A stretch of 64,000 nucleotides of DNA from Eledone cirrhosa (GCA_964016885.1 OZ024743.1:254324001-254388000), one strand, 5' to 3'; positions 12,671 to 25,193 are shown, counted from the stretch's first letter. Program-made: numbers and translations. The notes: generated by a model not told the origin, from the letters alone.

Positions 12671-12959
12671 TGTGTGCGTATGTATATGTGTATATGTATT
12701 ATATATGTATGTATGTAGGTATGTGTGTATGTATATGTGTGTGTACATGAATATATATTTGTATATATTTATATATTTTTTATATATGTGTGTGTGTTTT
12801 TATGTGTGTATATGTGTTTGTGTGTGTGTTTATGGTTGCGCGTAAGTGTGTGAGTGAGTATGTGTGTTTTTTTGTTTTTTAGGTGTGTTTTTTTGTTTTT
12901 CTGTTTTTTTGTTTTTTTGTGTTTTTTTTTGTTTTTTTGTGAATGTGTCTGTTGATTTG

Positions 12960-13525
12960 GCATATTGTTGATTAGTTTAAGAGAAGTTCGAAGATAATAG
13001 TAAGATATGCACTCAGTATTTTGAATCTGTCTGCAGAACTCCCTAGACCTTTGTCACTTAGTAGAACCTTAATGACTTTAGCTTTTAAAGAATCTCCCTT
13101 TTCTTTAATTCTATCGAGCATGAATGACCCCCCACTGACTTTATAGACATCTGCTAGCTTAAGAGAAACTTATTGACAAGGAATGGTATGCCATCCGGAA
13201 CCTGTTTATAGAATTCTGTCTGCCTTTGTTACTCTAAAAACATAAATAAATATAAATTAACTATAGCTTTGTAGAATTAGCTTTTAATGAATTCCCTTTT
13301 CTATCAACCAATGACCTGCACCCATCCCACTCCCCACCCTCTCCTACCACTTGTAGAGACCTATAAATACCATATTTATTTTTTGATACCCAGATTCCTG
13401 ATGATTTCTAATGAATGAAACAGTTCTAGTCCTGTAGAATCTCATCTATATTAAAACTGTTATACTCTGCTATGTATTGAGTACCTTACTTACTGTGGTT
13501 ACCTCCGATTCAACCCGGAATAACG
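12960..13525. mobile_element. PLE-derived fragment with TATA-HHR terminal module (family shared with 29110-29592)
   Basis: Shares aatgacct, tataaatacc, the HHR and gtattgagtaccttacttactgtggttacctc with 29390-29590. Confidence 0.7.
13392..13442 (+). ncRNA. Canonical type I hammerhead ribozyme
   Basis: agattc CTGATGA t TTC taat GAA t GAAA CAG ttctagtc CTG TA gaatct. All three stems pair; GUA cleavage triplet. Confidence 0.88.
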
Positions 13526-13545
13526 TATATATATATATATATATA

Positions 13546-13628
<83 letters not shown>

Positions 13629-13648
13629 ATATATATATATGGTATATA

Positions 13649-13679
<31 letters not shown>

Positions 13680-13804
13680 GTGAATATAGACATAGAATAT
13701 TCGAAAATATTCTGTATGTTTATAATAAACATTTTGAAGACCTAATCGCTATAGAATAGAATACGTCACGTATTACAATTAGATTCTCGATAAAAGCAAG
13801 GGAA

Positions 13805-13847
13805 GTAATCTACGCGTTTCATTCTTGTTAGAAATCTTCAGGACTAC
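13805..13847 (-). ncRNA. Minimal type I hammerhead ribozyme, unit 1
   Basis: Minus strand: gtagtc CTGAAGA t TTCT aaca AGAA t GAAA CGCG TA gattac; palindromic loop III. Confidence 0.9.
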
Positions 13848-14114
13848 ATATCCAGTGCTTTTATCGAGAATGACACAGCTAGAGACTTATAGAATACTTA
13901 GCTGTGTACAGGAACTGGTTTGAAAGAGCGGTTGCCGGTCCGGCAGAAATTAGAAATTGGAATCAATGCTCTGAAATAGCGATATATATGTGAATATAGA
14001 CATAGAATATTCGAAAATATTCTGTATGTTTATAATAAACATTTTGAAGACCTAATCGCTATAGAATAGAATACGTCACGTATTACAATTAGATTCTCGA
14101 TAAAAGCAAGGGAA

Positions 14115-14157
14115 GTAATCTACGCGTTTCATTCTTGTTAGAAATCTTCAGGACTAC
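14115..14157 (-). ncRNA. Minimal type I hammerhead ribozyme, unit 2
   Basis: Identical to unit 1 (+310). Confidence 0.9.
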
Positions 14158-14424
14158 ATATCCAGTGCTTTTATCGAGAATGACACAGCTAGAGACTTAT
14201 AGAATACTTAGCTGTGTACAGGAACTGGTTTGAAAGAGCGGTTGCCGGTCCGGCAGAAATTAGAAATTGGAATCAATGCTCTGAAATAGCGATATATATG
14301 TGAATATAGACATAGAATATTCGAAAATATTCTGTATGTTTATAATAAACATTTTGAAGACCTAATCGCTATAGAATAGAATACGTCACGTATTACAATT
14401 AGATTCTCGATAAAAGCAAGGGAA

Positions 14425-14467
14425 GTAATCTACGCGTTTCATTCTTGTTAGAAATCTTCAGGACTAC
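14425..14467 (-). ncRNA. Minimal type I hammerhead ribozyme, unit 3
   Basis: Identical to unit 1 (+620). Confidence 0.9.
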
Positions 14468-14734
14468 ATATCCAGTGCTTTTATCGAGAATGACACAGCT
14501 AGAGACTTATAGAATACTTAGCTGTGTACAGGAACTGGTTTGAAAGAGCGGTTGCCGGTCCGGCAGAAATTAGAAATTGGAATCAATGCTCTGAAATAGC
14601 GATATATATGTGAATATAGACATAGAATATTCGAAAATATTCTGTATGTTTATAATAAACATTTTGAAGACCTAATCGCTATAGAATAGAATACGTCACG
14701 TATTACAATTAGATTCTCGATAAAAGCAAGGGAA

Positions 14735-14777
14735 GTAATCTACGCGTTTCATTCTTGTTAGAAATCTTCAGGACTAC
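14735..14777 (-). ncRNA. Minimal type I hammerhead ribozyme, unit 4
   Basis: Identical to unit 1 (+930). Confidence 0.9.
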
Positions 14778-14903
14778 ATATCCAGTGCTTTTATCGAGAA
14801 TGACACAGCTAGAGACTTATAGAATACTTAGCTGTGTACAGGAACTGGTTTGAAAGAGCGGTTGCCGGTCCGGCAGAAATTAGAAATTGGAATCAGAGCA
14901 TTG

Positions 14904-14959
<56 letters not shown>

Positions 14960-15020
14960 ATATATATATGTATGTATATATATATATATGTATATATATA
15001 TATGTATGTATATATGTATG

Positions 15021-15066
<46 letters not shown>

Positions 15067-15192
15067 TATATTTATATATATATATATGTATATATACATA
15101 CATATATATATATGTATATATATGTATATATATATGTATATATATATGTAAATATATATGTATATATATATGTATATATATGTATATATATT

Positions 15193-15478
15193 TAAAAACA
15201 AAACCTGTCAAAGGGCAAAGGAGCTCTTAAGAGTCAATGGCCATCCAAAATCACCGGAAGAGATGACCCCTTAGCCTTTGTCAAGGCAGAATTCTAGGAG
15301 AAGAAAAACTCTGATATAACACCTGCAACCCTTATGGTATCCAATGATGTTGACTTGTTCTTCTTTTTGGTAAATATCATCTTGGTTAAGAGAGTGGGAC
15401 TGGCTTTGTGCAGTGCCTTTGCTCACTATAAAAGCTTCACGGCACTGCCATTGCTTTATATCTGGAGATCTCTCTGCA
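15193..15478 (-). mobile_element. Second copy of the 9307-9718 repeat
   Basis: aaaaacaaaacctgtcaaagggcaaaggagctcttaagagtcaatggccatcc... shared. Confidence 0.7.
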
Positions 15479-15499
15479 CTTGTCATCACATGGTACCAT

Positions 15500-15670
15500 G
15501 GGCCCAACACTATGTGTCAATAATTGTCACAAGTGTAGTGTTTGTACCAGAGTTTTCAAGTCGCTGGCTGGACTAAAAAGTCACACTCGTTCAGCGCATC
15601 AGTAAGGGTTCTCCTACATGGATATAAAGTAGTGGCCGTACTCGAAAACGAGTTGGCAGCCACCATATAC
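15500..15670 (+). mobile_element. 3' end of an RTE/BovB-like LINE (C2H2-like finger plus 3' UTR)
   Basis: Translates [22 protein letters not shown]. Terminal ggccgtactcgaaaacgag..gcagcca also occurs at 47140-47172. Confidence 0.6.
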
Positions 15671-15689
15671 GTATGCATATATGTATGTA

Positions 15690-15750
<61 letters not shown>

Positions 15751-15757
15751 GTATGTA

Positions 15758-15884
<127 letters not shown>

Positions 15885-15968
15885 TTGAATAAAGGAACAG
15901 AACAAAAAACAGAGCGGCAGTACAAATGGTATGGTTTTTAGTTTCACGCTTGATATTATATATATGTA

Positions 15969-16065
<97 letters not shown>

Positions 16066-16084
16066 GTGTATATATATATGTATG

Positions 16085-16121
<37 letters not shown>

Positions 16122-16144
16122 GTATGTATGTGTATATATATATG

Positions 16145-16244
<100 letters not shown>

Positions 16245-16245
16245 T

Positions 16246-16872
16246 CATCATCATCATCATCATCATCGTTTAACGTCCATCTTCCACGCTTGCATGGGTT
16301 TGGACGGGAGTTTTCCCACTTGAGGCAAGATTGGTTGTCCTGCTCGTACAGGACTGTCTGGCGGGTTTTCTTCGGTTGGATGCTTTTCCTAACATCAACC
16401 ACGATTACAGTGTGGACTGGGAGGTTTTTACTGTGTTACCTACACGGCCACATTACAGCGTGGACTGTGTGTTTTTTTGTCGTGACACCTACACGTCTGG
16501 CGGGTTTTCTACGGCTGGGTGCCCTTCCCAACACCAACCTCGTTTACAGTGTCGACTCGGAGGTTTTTACCGTGTTACCTACACGGCCACATTACAGCGT
16601 GGACTGTGTGTGTTTTTTTTTGTTGTCGTGACACCTACACGACCTCATTTGTTTCGGACTGGATGTTGTGGTACCACCATAACTTCACATTTAAGTGGGG
16701 GGTATTTTGTTAGAGGTGCCTACTGACTGTAGCTTTCGCTTTGTACTTAGGCAAGGCGGGTCTTCTGTATAATTCTGTAGCGCCAGTGATATTGTCTTGG
16801 GGAGATGTAAGTGTGTAATGTCAGAATTTATCAAGTCGTCCCAGGTTTTTCTGGGTCTGCCTACTCCGTGGC
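16246..16872 (-). mobile_element. RTE-tailed SINE/LINE chimera with (GAT)n tail and internal subrepeats
   Basis: catcatcatcgtttaacgtcc...cttgcatgggtttggacgg terminus; RT remnant [13 protein letters not shown]. Relatives at 20888, 34740, 43276, 46451. Confidence 0.75.
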
Positions 16873-16894
16873 TATGTATGTGTATGTGTATATA

Positions 16895-16983
<89 letters not shown>

Positions 16984-16985
<2 letters not shown>

Positions 16986-17132
16986 GGGAAAAGTTCCAAA
17001 AGGGGGGGAATAGGCCAAGCGGAGAAAGTTGTGATGTCGTTAATTCCTGTCTTAACGACATCACAACTTTCTCCGCTTGGCCTGTTCCCCCCCTTTTGGA
17101 ACTTTTTCCCCGTTGATGGGCGTGAGCCCGAA

Positions 17133-17133
<1 letters not shown>
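16984..17133. repeat. ~60-bp inverted repeat plus short hairpin tail, inserted in (TA)n
   Basis: Arms 16984-17043 and 17052-17111; tail gttgatGGGCgtgaGCCCgaaa. Confidence 0.85.
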
Positions 17134-17164
<31 letters not shown>

Positions 17165-17569
17165 AACATGTTAAATGGTAATGATAATGTCGATGATTCT
17201 GATATATCATGCAGATGTGCATTTCTCCTCAAAATATAGACATTTATGGTAATATGCACGTGTGTAACAGAATTGAAATAGCATAGGATAACTTTCCTAA
17301 ATATCTCCTCAAAAAAGTACCAGGAACCTTACATGTCACACCCTATAGGGAAAGGCGAAGGGATTTCTTTTTTATGTTAATCGATATTTATTTATGCTGT
17401 TTTAAAATGGTGAGAAATGACAAGGCAAGATTCCTGACAATAATTCTTTGAATCATGGCAACGGTGAATTCTTCAAAAAAATTTTTTTTTATTTTTTTTT
17501 TTTTTTCGTATTTACCATTCTATTTGTTTATATTTATTTCAATTTTATTTATCCCTCTACATACATTAC

Positions 17570-18330
17570 ACATTATATAAAGGAATAAAGTGACTGTTGA
17601 ATGACAGATTTTATGTAAAAAACATCCACCATCCATAAATTTCTTTTTCAATTTATTTTTCCATTTTCTCTAGTTTTACTGGAAGAGATTTTCTATTATA
17701 TATTTCATTGCGGGGTAAACTATTCCAGGAAATTGTAACAGCATACATCCTTATCTCTTCAGATTCTTCATCTTGTGTAGTAAAAGCAATGAGGAACTAA
17801 AATACGTTGACATGCCAATCGATCTATCTTCCCATACCGGAATCTTGTATAGCAGGTTGCATCATTTCACTTCGAAATCTACTGCTTGCTGCATTTTGCC
17901 ATGTTTGCCTGCTTTTTACCAACTGGAATAAATTTCTTCATATTTTGGATTCTACTTTTTTGTTCCTCATTCTGTTTTTCTTCGTTTTGTTTTGTTATTT
18001 TTCTAAGGCTGGTACAAGATGAAAAATTCTGGATTTGTGTAGTGTCTCCTTGTAATTCAAATATATTTTGCTGATATTTACAGACTTGTTGAATTTATTT
18101 TCTTCAAAGAATGTTAAAGGATATAAATTAGAAAATAGGCTTGCCAAATTTAATTTTTCTTTGATGTCAATATGCATAGCAGGAGACAAATATATCAGAT
18201 TTTTCTTTTGCGCGGAAGAAATCATTAAAAACAGTGTTGTTGATGGACATCTTTAGAGAATTTCTTTCAGGAAAAACAAAATCTTTTTGTTTTGCTTGGG
18301 GATGGTCATGTTGCCAATTTTGCTAATAAA
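17570..18330 (-). mobile_element. Heavily decayed L1/Tx1-like LINE 3' fragment
   Basis: Weak remnants only (PHCFY motif; KWK..W...F..GG terminus); many stops. Confidence 0.35.
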
Positions 18331-18389
18331 AACACACGCACTAATTGATTTTTATTTCAGCTTTATTAGTTGGTTCTTATTATTTATAG

Positions 18390-18540
18390 AGGGTTGGATG
18401 CCTTGCTTTGCAGCATAGTGTTACTCCCCTTTACGGTCTGAGTTCAAATCCAGCTGAGGTTAACTTTGCCTTTCTTCCTTACAGGGTCGATAAAATAAAC
18501 TACCAGTAATGCAGTGGAATAATTACTGGCCTTGTGCCAC
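18390..18540 (+). mobile_element. tRNA-derived SINE (Nin-domain-like)
   Basis: ctgagttcaaatcc B box; aactttgcctttc.tcc....gggtcgataaaataa..taccag core. Confidence 0.8.
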
Positions 18541-18969
18541 TTATTTAACAGACTGCCATGATATAGATCTTGTCAAAAATATACCTTATATTTATGTATT
18601 AGAATTAAATCAATATTTATGCTCATTTTTTTTTTCTTTTGCATCTTAGAAATAATATGTATTTATTTTTTTTTATATACAAGGGTACAGTTATGTTTTT
18701 GTAGCTAAGAAGTTTGCTTCACTACCATGTGTCTTCTACAACTGCATAGGGCTGGCCAATAGAGTGTGAGTAACATTTTGTAGAAAGAAACAGTGCAAAA
18801 GCTGATAGTGTGTGTGTTGAGGAGTTATTTACTCTGCTTTTTTGTGCACTGAAATCTAAGATGGTCGATTTCATCCTTCATTTGCTTTAACTCCAGTTTC
18901 TTACAAGCTTTCATGCCAGGATTAAGCACTATCCCTCCCCTTCCTGAATAAAGAGATTATATATATATG

Positions 18970-19440
18970 TAGGAAGATCCTCAACATCCAATGCCAAAAT
19001 ACAGTAGTGCTCCAGAGAGGAGATGTTCCACCATTCTACCCTATCCTTAGATCCAGACAACTGAGATGGCATGGTTATGTCTCATGAATGGATGAAGCCA
19101 GAATCTCCAAAAATGGTGCTTTTCCACAAGCACATGGAAGGAGGATTATAATACTTTTAAAGATGAACTTCAAGGGCCAATATAAAGCTACTCTGAAAGA
19201 GTTCTGCATTGAGGAAGAGAAATGAAAAGAGTCAGCAAAGGACCATGGTAATTGGAGATTATTTGTACTTAGAGGAGGCAAAGCATTTGAAAATTCATGC
19301 ATCCAATATGCTGTTGATGCAAGACAAAGACAGGAGGTCTTCCCCTAGGCAGACACTATTGCTTCAATGTTACTCAATTGTTGGTATCGTAGAAAGCAAA
19401 TGCTGTGCTGACACATCCCTATTCATTCAGGAAAGGTAAA
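18970..19440 (+). mobile_element. Decayed RTE/BovB-like LINE 3' fragment
   Basis: QLRWHGYVS*MDEARISK...QYKATLKEFCI...DHGNWR...GGKAFE across frames. Confidence 0.65.
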
Positions 19441-20137
19441 AAGTGCTCTTAAAAAAAGTCAGTAGTGTAGAATTAAGAAATTACTGTATCTACAAGACTA
19501 ACAATCACTGATGAAAATACTCCCGTCACCCATCGAATCCATTCTCCAGGTCACTCTTCCCTACACATATCAGTCCTTGGTGTCCTTTTACATCATGGAT
19601 CACAGGTCTCATGCAGCAGGACTGAACAGAGTCTGATATGGATCCTGTTTCTCTCATGGATTCAAGTCTCCTCCCCAATTTCATTCATATTACTCATATA
19701 TTGCCCCCCTCACTTTTACCCTGTCTGCTATCATACACTCTTGTAGATTCCTATGGCTCTCTTATGGTCAGAAACAAAATACGCACACACATCTCTACTT
19801 TTCGCTTCACAGCTCTGTATACACACACATGCACTCCCTTATATTAACATACTTTTGCTCACAGCTTTGTACTTACAAGCACACACACTCTTTTACTTAC
19901 TTATACACACACACTTATGCATGCGCACATGTATTGACAGAAATTAGAGATAATCTGTAAAAAAAAAAACAGTGTTCTGAAAATGATTATCAAGTATATT
20001 TTTAATACATCGAGCATATCATCATGCTAAACATCACCAAAATGGATAGCCTCCAGAGCTAAGCCACCACAATATTAATTATTTGTTTATATCTTGCTAT
20101 AACTCAGTAAGGATTACTTAATTAATCTTTTATGTTC

Positions 20138-20204
20138 ATAACATCTGATGACTTCGGCAATTGTCTTACATCATAGTCTGATGAAATATGTATTATGTAG
20201 TTAT
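20138..20204 (+). ncRNA. Degenerate type I hammerhead candidate
   Basis: acat CTGATGA ... GAAA TATGTA TT atgt; stem II is weak. Confidence 0.45.
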
Positions 20205-20587
20205 ACAACATTAAAGGAAAATATTGGAATCTGGCTTTCTCATATTTTCATTGAAATACCTAATTGCATTTCTTTACCAAACATGAGATAACACATCTTC
20301 GATGGATGTTACAGATAATGTTGAGTGTGTTTGCTCATTCCATCATGATCTGTTAATCAGAATAAATGGATCACAAACCCAGTTGCCTATTACTTAAACC
20401 AAACAGCATAAATGGTATGTATATATTTCGTTGGACAGAAAGTTTCTGCCGTTTTTCAAAAGGAGGTATTTTGGTAGAGTTTTCTGAAAATGTTGAAGGT
20501 TGCGCATATGCACATATAGAAGAAGTGACATTGGTATGCAATGTGTGCACTTTTCTTTTTCTATTACACTGTCAATAAGAAAGCAAC

Positions 20588-20880
20588 ATGGATCTATCCA
20601 AATTGTTTATTCTTGCCTGTTTACATTATGACTTCAAATCCGGCCTAAGCACAGCAGCATTGAGTCATTGCATTAACAATGTATTTGAGCCACACAGCAT
20701 GTCTGGATGCAGTGCCATGGATTGGTTCGCATGCTCCATTCCGGTGATTACAGCCTTGAAGTTCAACCACACACAGGATGTCCATCCACCTTGAAAGAAA
20801 ATGCATGAGTTGGTGGAAGACATCATGCCAATTCTCTGAAGTGATTCAGGCATTGAAAACAACCATCCTCAATCGCTTGT
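20588..20880 (+). pseudogene. Mariner transposase N-terminal HTH remnant
   Basis: MDLSKLFILACLHYDFKSGLSTAA..HCINNVF..DWF..SGDYSLE.QP..G.PS...ELVE..TTILNRL across frameshifts; cut off by a SINE insertion. Confidence 0.7.
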
Positions 20881-20887
20881 GTATGTA

Positions 20888-21135
20888 TCATCATCATCAT
20901 CATCATCATCGTTTAACGTCCATCTTCCACGCTTGCATGGGTTTGGATGGGAGTTTTCCCACTTGAGGCAAAATTGGTTGTCTGGCGGGTTTTCTTCGGC
21001 TGGATGCCCTTCCTAACACCAAAAACGTTTACTGTGTGGACTGGGAGGTTTTTACCGCGTTACCTACACTGCCACATTACAGCGTGGACTGTGTGTTTTT
21101 TTGTCGTGACACCTACACGACCTCATTTGTTTCGG
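20888..21135 (-). mobile_element. RTE-tailed SINE fragment
   Basis: Near-identical to parts of 16246-16660. Confidence 0.75.
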
Positions 21136-21212
21136 GGTGGGGGTAGTGGGACAGGGGTGTGTTTTTGTTTTAGCTTTTTTGTTGTTTATTTCATTGTTTT
21201 TATTAATTTATG

Positions 21213-21274
<62 letters not shown>

Positions 21275-21277
21275 TTG

Positions 21278-23170
21278 ATATAGCTATAATTAGTAAAAAA
21301 ATTCTTGCCCAGATTATTCCTACCGTTAGGGACAAGATTCATTTTAATCTTTGGGGGAATACTATGGATGTTATTAATTGGTTCTCTAGTATTAATAAGC
21401 TTAAGTCTAATAGGTTTATCCAGTTTGATATCGACGCCTATTACACGTCGATTTCACCTATCCTCCTCAATAAGGCCTTAATGATGGCCATGCGAATGTC
21501 TAGTCTTACGCGACCCCAGATTGATGTTATACTAGCGGCCTGTCGGACTATCATCAAATTCGAGGATACACTTTGGACGCGTAAGAATACACCCAATAAT
21601 TTTGACGTTACCATGGGTTCGAGTGATTCAGCGCAGGTGACTGATCTTGTTGGGCTGTACCTCGTAAACGAGCTTTATGTTAGCTTTCCGCACCTTAAAG
21701 GTGGACTTTATCGTGATGATGCATTATTTATGATAAACTCTAGTACTAATAATATTGAACATAATAGGAAGAAGTTATATAGGATTTTAAAAAATGTTAA
21801 CCTTTCGATCACGATTGATAGGAACGATAGAGCGGTTAATTTTTTAGACGTGACATTAGACTTAGTTACTAATAATTATAAATCCTTCCACAAGCCCAAT
21901 GAGACACTCTCTTACGTCAATCCTAATTCCAACCACCCCAAATCTATGATTAGTTCTATTATTAACGGTGTATCCAATAGGATCTCCACACTCTCTAAAG
22001 ATGTAGGAATTTTTAACTCGCATGCTGAGTATTATAATAATGCCCTAACTAACTCTGGTTACTCTGGTAGGCTACATTATAAAGATGACAACCTGGAAAC
22101 GACTCCGATTACCCAATATGGCCTTTAATGGGGGTAGAAAACATAGGAATTATAGAAATTTTATAGATAAATCCAAACCGCACCCTACGAATACCAACCG
22201 CAATAGTAATTATAATAGTGTGTCTAATGGTACACATTGTGAACTTAGTTGTAATGGACAGGATAAACGCTCTGAACGTACACCCAGTGGTAATGTTATA
22301 GCGGTTTCTACTAGTGTTAATTCAATTGGTCCTGACATAAACCCTGATCCTATGGATACGATACGTGATAGGAGTAGTAAAGGTAAGAATAGGAGAAGGC
22401 TTAATACCTACTTCAACCCACCTTATAATTTTGATGTACTAACTAGTATCCCGAGGTCTTTCTTTTCTATTTTTGAGAAAAATTTCCCTCCTGCTAATAA
22501 ATATCATAGTATCCTCAATAAGAATGTCATCAAACTCTCCTTTTCTACTACACGTAACATTAGTTCACATCTTGCTAGCACGAATAATAAGAAAATTAGG
22601 GACGGCTACTGCTCTTTACTTACTACTAATTTAAATAGTTCTATTAATAACGTACCACCCGAGCAGGACTTGTTGTCAAATAACCCTAGGAATAATATTT
22701 CGCGAAATGAGCTAATCACTAATACCCGTAAGTGTAATTGTAGAAGAAGTAATAGCTGCCCTTTAAATGGTTACTGCCTCACTAAGAATATTGTCTATGC
22801 ATGTGATGTTAGGACTAATTCATCTTGTAAAACGTATATAGGCTCCACATCTAATACATTTAAAACGAGATTTAATTTGCATGTCTCTAACTTTAAACAT
22901 ATCAAATTTAAAAACTCAACTTCTTTGGCGCATCATATTTGGGATTTAAAAGGGACTGGTATACCGTACAGTCTGCATTGGCGTATTGTAGCCCATTCTA
23001 ACCATTATTCCACCCACGCTAAATTCTGTAATCTTTGCATTCTAGAAACCCATTGTATAATTTTCTCTAAAAACGTATTACTAAATAGAAAATCGGAAAT
23101 CTTTTCATCCTGTCCACATGCTATCTCTAATTCCTTCTTCTATTATAAACCTAAAAGCTCAGGTAGTTGA
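21278..23170 (+). pseudogene. PLE RT + GIY-YIG endonuclease, one frameshift near 22100
   Basis: FDIDAYYTSI, FDVTMGS, GLYRDD, VNFLDVTL, SNHP, YFNPPY, CNCRRSNSCPLNGYCL, VY..YIGST..FKTR, CNLCILE, LLNRKSEIFSSCPH. The start of ORF 20947 is SINE/microsatellite read-through. Confidence 0.9.
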
Positions 23171-23610
23171 TTTTTCGGAGTCTCACTTTGCTATTCTGGT
23201 TTGGACGTCTTGTCTAGATATTTTTTATATTTTATTTATTTATTTTTTTTTTTTTTAATACTCTTTATGCTTCATAATATACCACTTACTCTTTTGTGTG
23301 AGTTATGGTATCTGTATAGCATGGGGTCTTCTATAGCTGGACGTAAATACTTCATCACCATTGACGAATTGATACACACACTCTCTTAAGCTCCTTGATA
23401 TGTGTAAGCTTAGCATATGAGTGGTTCTGTGGGTATAGGGTTTTGTATCTGTGGGTATATTTAGTAAATATATATTTTTTTTTGTGACTATGTATATGTG
23501 TGTTGATTTTTAGTTATATGTATAACACAATTGTCTGTGGCGTATTCGTATTCATTAGCTGTTTGGATTCCTTATCACTTGGGTTTTTTAGTTCAATATT
23601 ATTACTATTA

Positions 23611-23797
23611 GTGGATTGGCAGTATCGGTAGAGAGTCGGACGCCATGCTTTGACGCATAGAGTTACGGCCCTTGCCATTCTGAGTTCAAATCCCGCCGAG
23701 GTTAACTTTGCCTTTCATCCTTATGGGGTCGATAAAATAAAGTACCAGTAATACACTGGGTAATTGCTGGCCTTGTGCCAAAAGTAGAAACAATTAT
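23611..23797 (+). mobile_element. Full-length tRNA-derived SINE inserted in the PLE-3 3' UTR
   Basis: A box ttggcagtatcgg; B box gagttcaaatcc; Nin-like core; TSD-like attattactattagt on both sides. Confidence 0.9.
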
Positions 23798-25149
23798 TAT
23801 TACTATTAGTTGTCTTCGGTTTATTGATTTATAGTTTTCTGGTTTTTTAGCTGATTTTGCCTATTTAGTCCCTTGTCCATTATTATATATCTATCTTTAT
23901 ACTCATCCTTTGTCGACTTATATACTTCTACCTTTATATTCATCCTTCGTTGGAGTGTATCTTATTGTCTCCTTGACTAACTAATAGTTTAATTTTAGTC
24001 TTCTACATCTACGGCTAATGAACCTCATTCTTTCTACACTTAATCTTTGCCTTATTGAATATATATATTATACCTTTATGTTCCTTCTTGTCCTCTATAG
24101 TTTTACTTCTTTCTGTTCCTTTTTGTCCACCATAGTTTTAATTGGAATTTTTACTTTGGATAACGTCAGTAGTCATAAAGGAAATTAATATATTTTCGAT
24201 GAATGTATTAGCCCATTTATTGGAATATTTTATTTTCTATCGGCATTAGTGACTTAAATTTTGTTCCATATGGAGTGCTCCATAAAGTTTATTTAACTTT
24301 TATAAAATTAATTAAAATTAATAAGGGTTTCAATTCAATTTTTTTACTTTGAATAGTTGTATCATTAATTTTCACCTAACAGTTTGTTGCGCCTACGCGA
24401 TTTTGTGTTTGTGTTTGTTATTGTTTTCGTTTTGTTTTGCTATGATATACTTTATTGCTTCTGTCTGTCTTTTCTATCTTTTGTCACTTGTGTCGATGGA
24501 TATATTAAGTAAATATGAGTTAAATCTTTCTCCCTTGCAATTATGTCTCTGGTATTGTAATACTAATATGTAATATTATATGTATTTGAATTGCCTATAT
24601 CTCTGTATATTTATTGTCTATTATATATATATATATTTTTTTTACCATACTTTATTTTATTTTATGGTATTACTTTTTACCCTGTAGAATACATTATGTT
24701 TTTATACACGTTTTGTTGACTTTGCATGGTACGTTGGAAGTATTTATATATATTTTTTAATGTCAATATTTTTTTCATTGATTTTAATATTGTTTAATCA
24801 CACCGTCAGGGTGATTATTCTATTATAGTGCTTATATTTATATATTTGTGTTAATATGTGTATGTGTAAATGTGTATATGTGTGTGAGTGCGTGTATATA
24901 TATATATATTAAATTTTATTTCTGTATTATGTATTGCATTGTATTGTATATTATATTATAATTTTTATATCTTATTTCTCGCATTATATTACTATGTTGT
25001 ATTTCGAGTATTAGATTTATATTGTACTTTTAACGTGGATGTTTTAATGTTTGCTTGCTCTCTTGCCCCATAGTCTTTATTTACCAATGCACCCTATTAG
25101 GTTTAACATGTCTTTCCATGATAATTTTGATGTTTTTTTTGTCTTTTCC

Positions 25150-25193
25150 TTGTTCTGATGAGTCCTAATTAATGGGACGAAAATTGTCAGCAA
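25150..25193 (+). ncRNA. Minimal type I hammerhead ribozyme
   Basis: ttgtt CTGATGA GTCC taattaatg GGAC GAAA attg TC agcaa, immediately followed by AATAAA. Confidence 0.8.

Larger units (their letters stand above)
13672..14905 (-). repeat. Tandem array of ~4 x 310-bp HHR-containing units (non-LTR retrozyme-like) in (TA)n
   Basis: tgaatatagacatag at 13681, 13991, 14301, 14611 (period 310). Copies appear identical by eye. Confidence 0.95.

Noticed and set aside
13672-14905. CRISPR-like interpretation of the regular repeats
   Set aside because: Units are identical with no unique spacers; eukaryotic context; no cas genes.
19508-19540. Isolated CTGATGA (also at 51469)
   Set aside because: No stem II plus GAAA architecture; expected by chance.
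23611-23700. tRNA gene
   Set aside because: A/B boxes belong to a multi-copy SINE head; no full cloverleaf.
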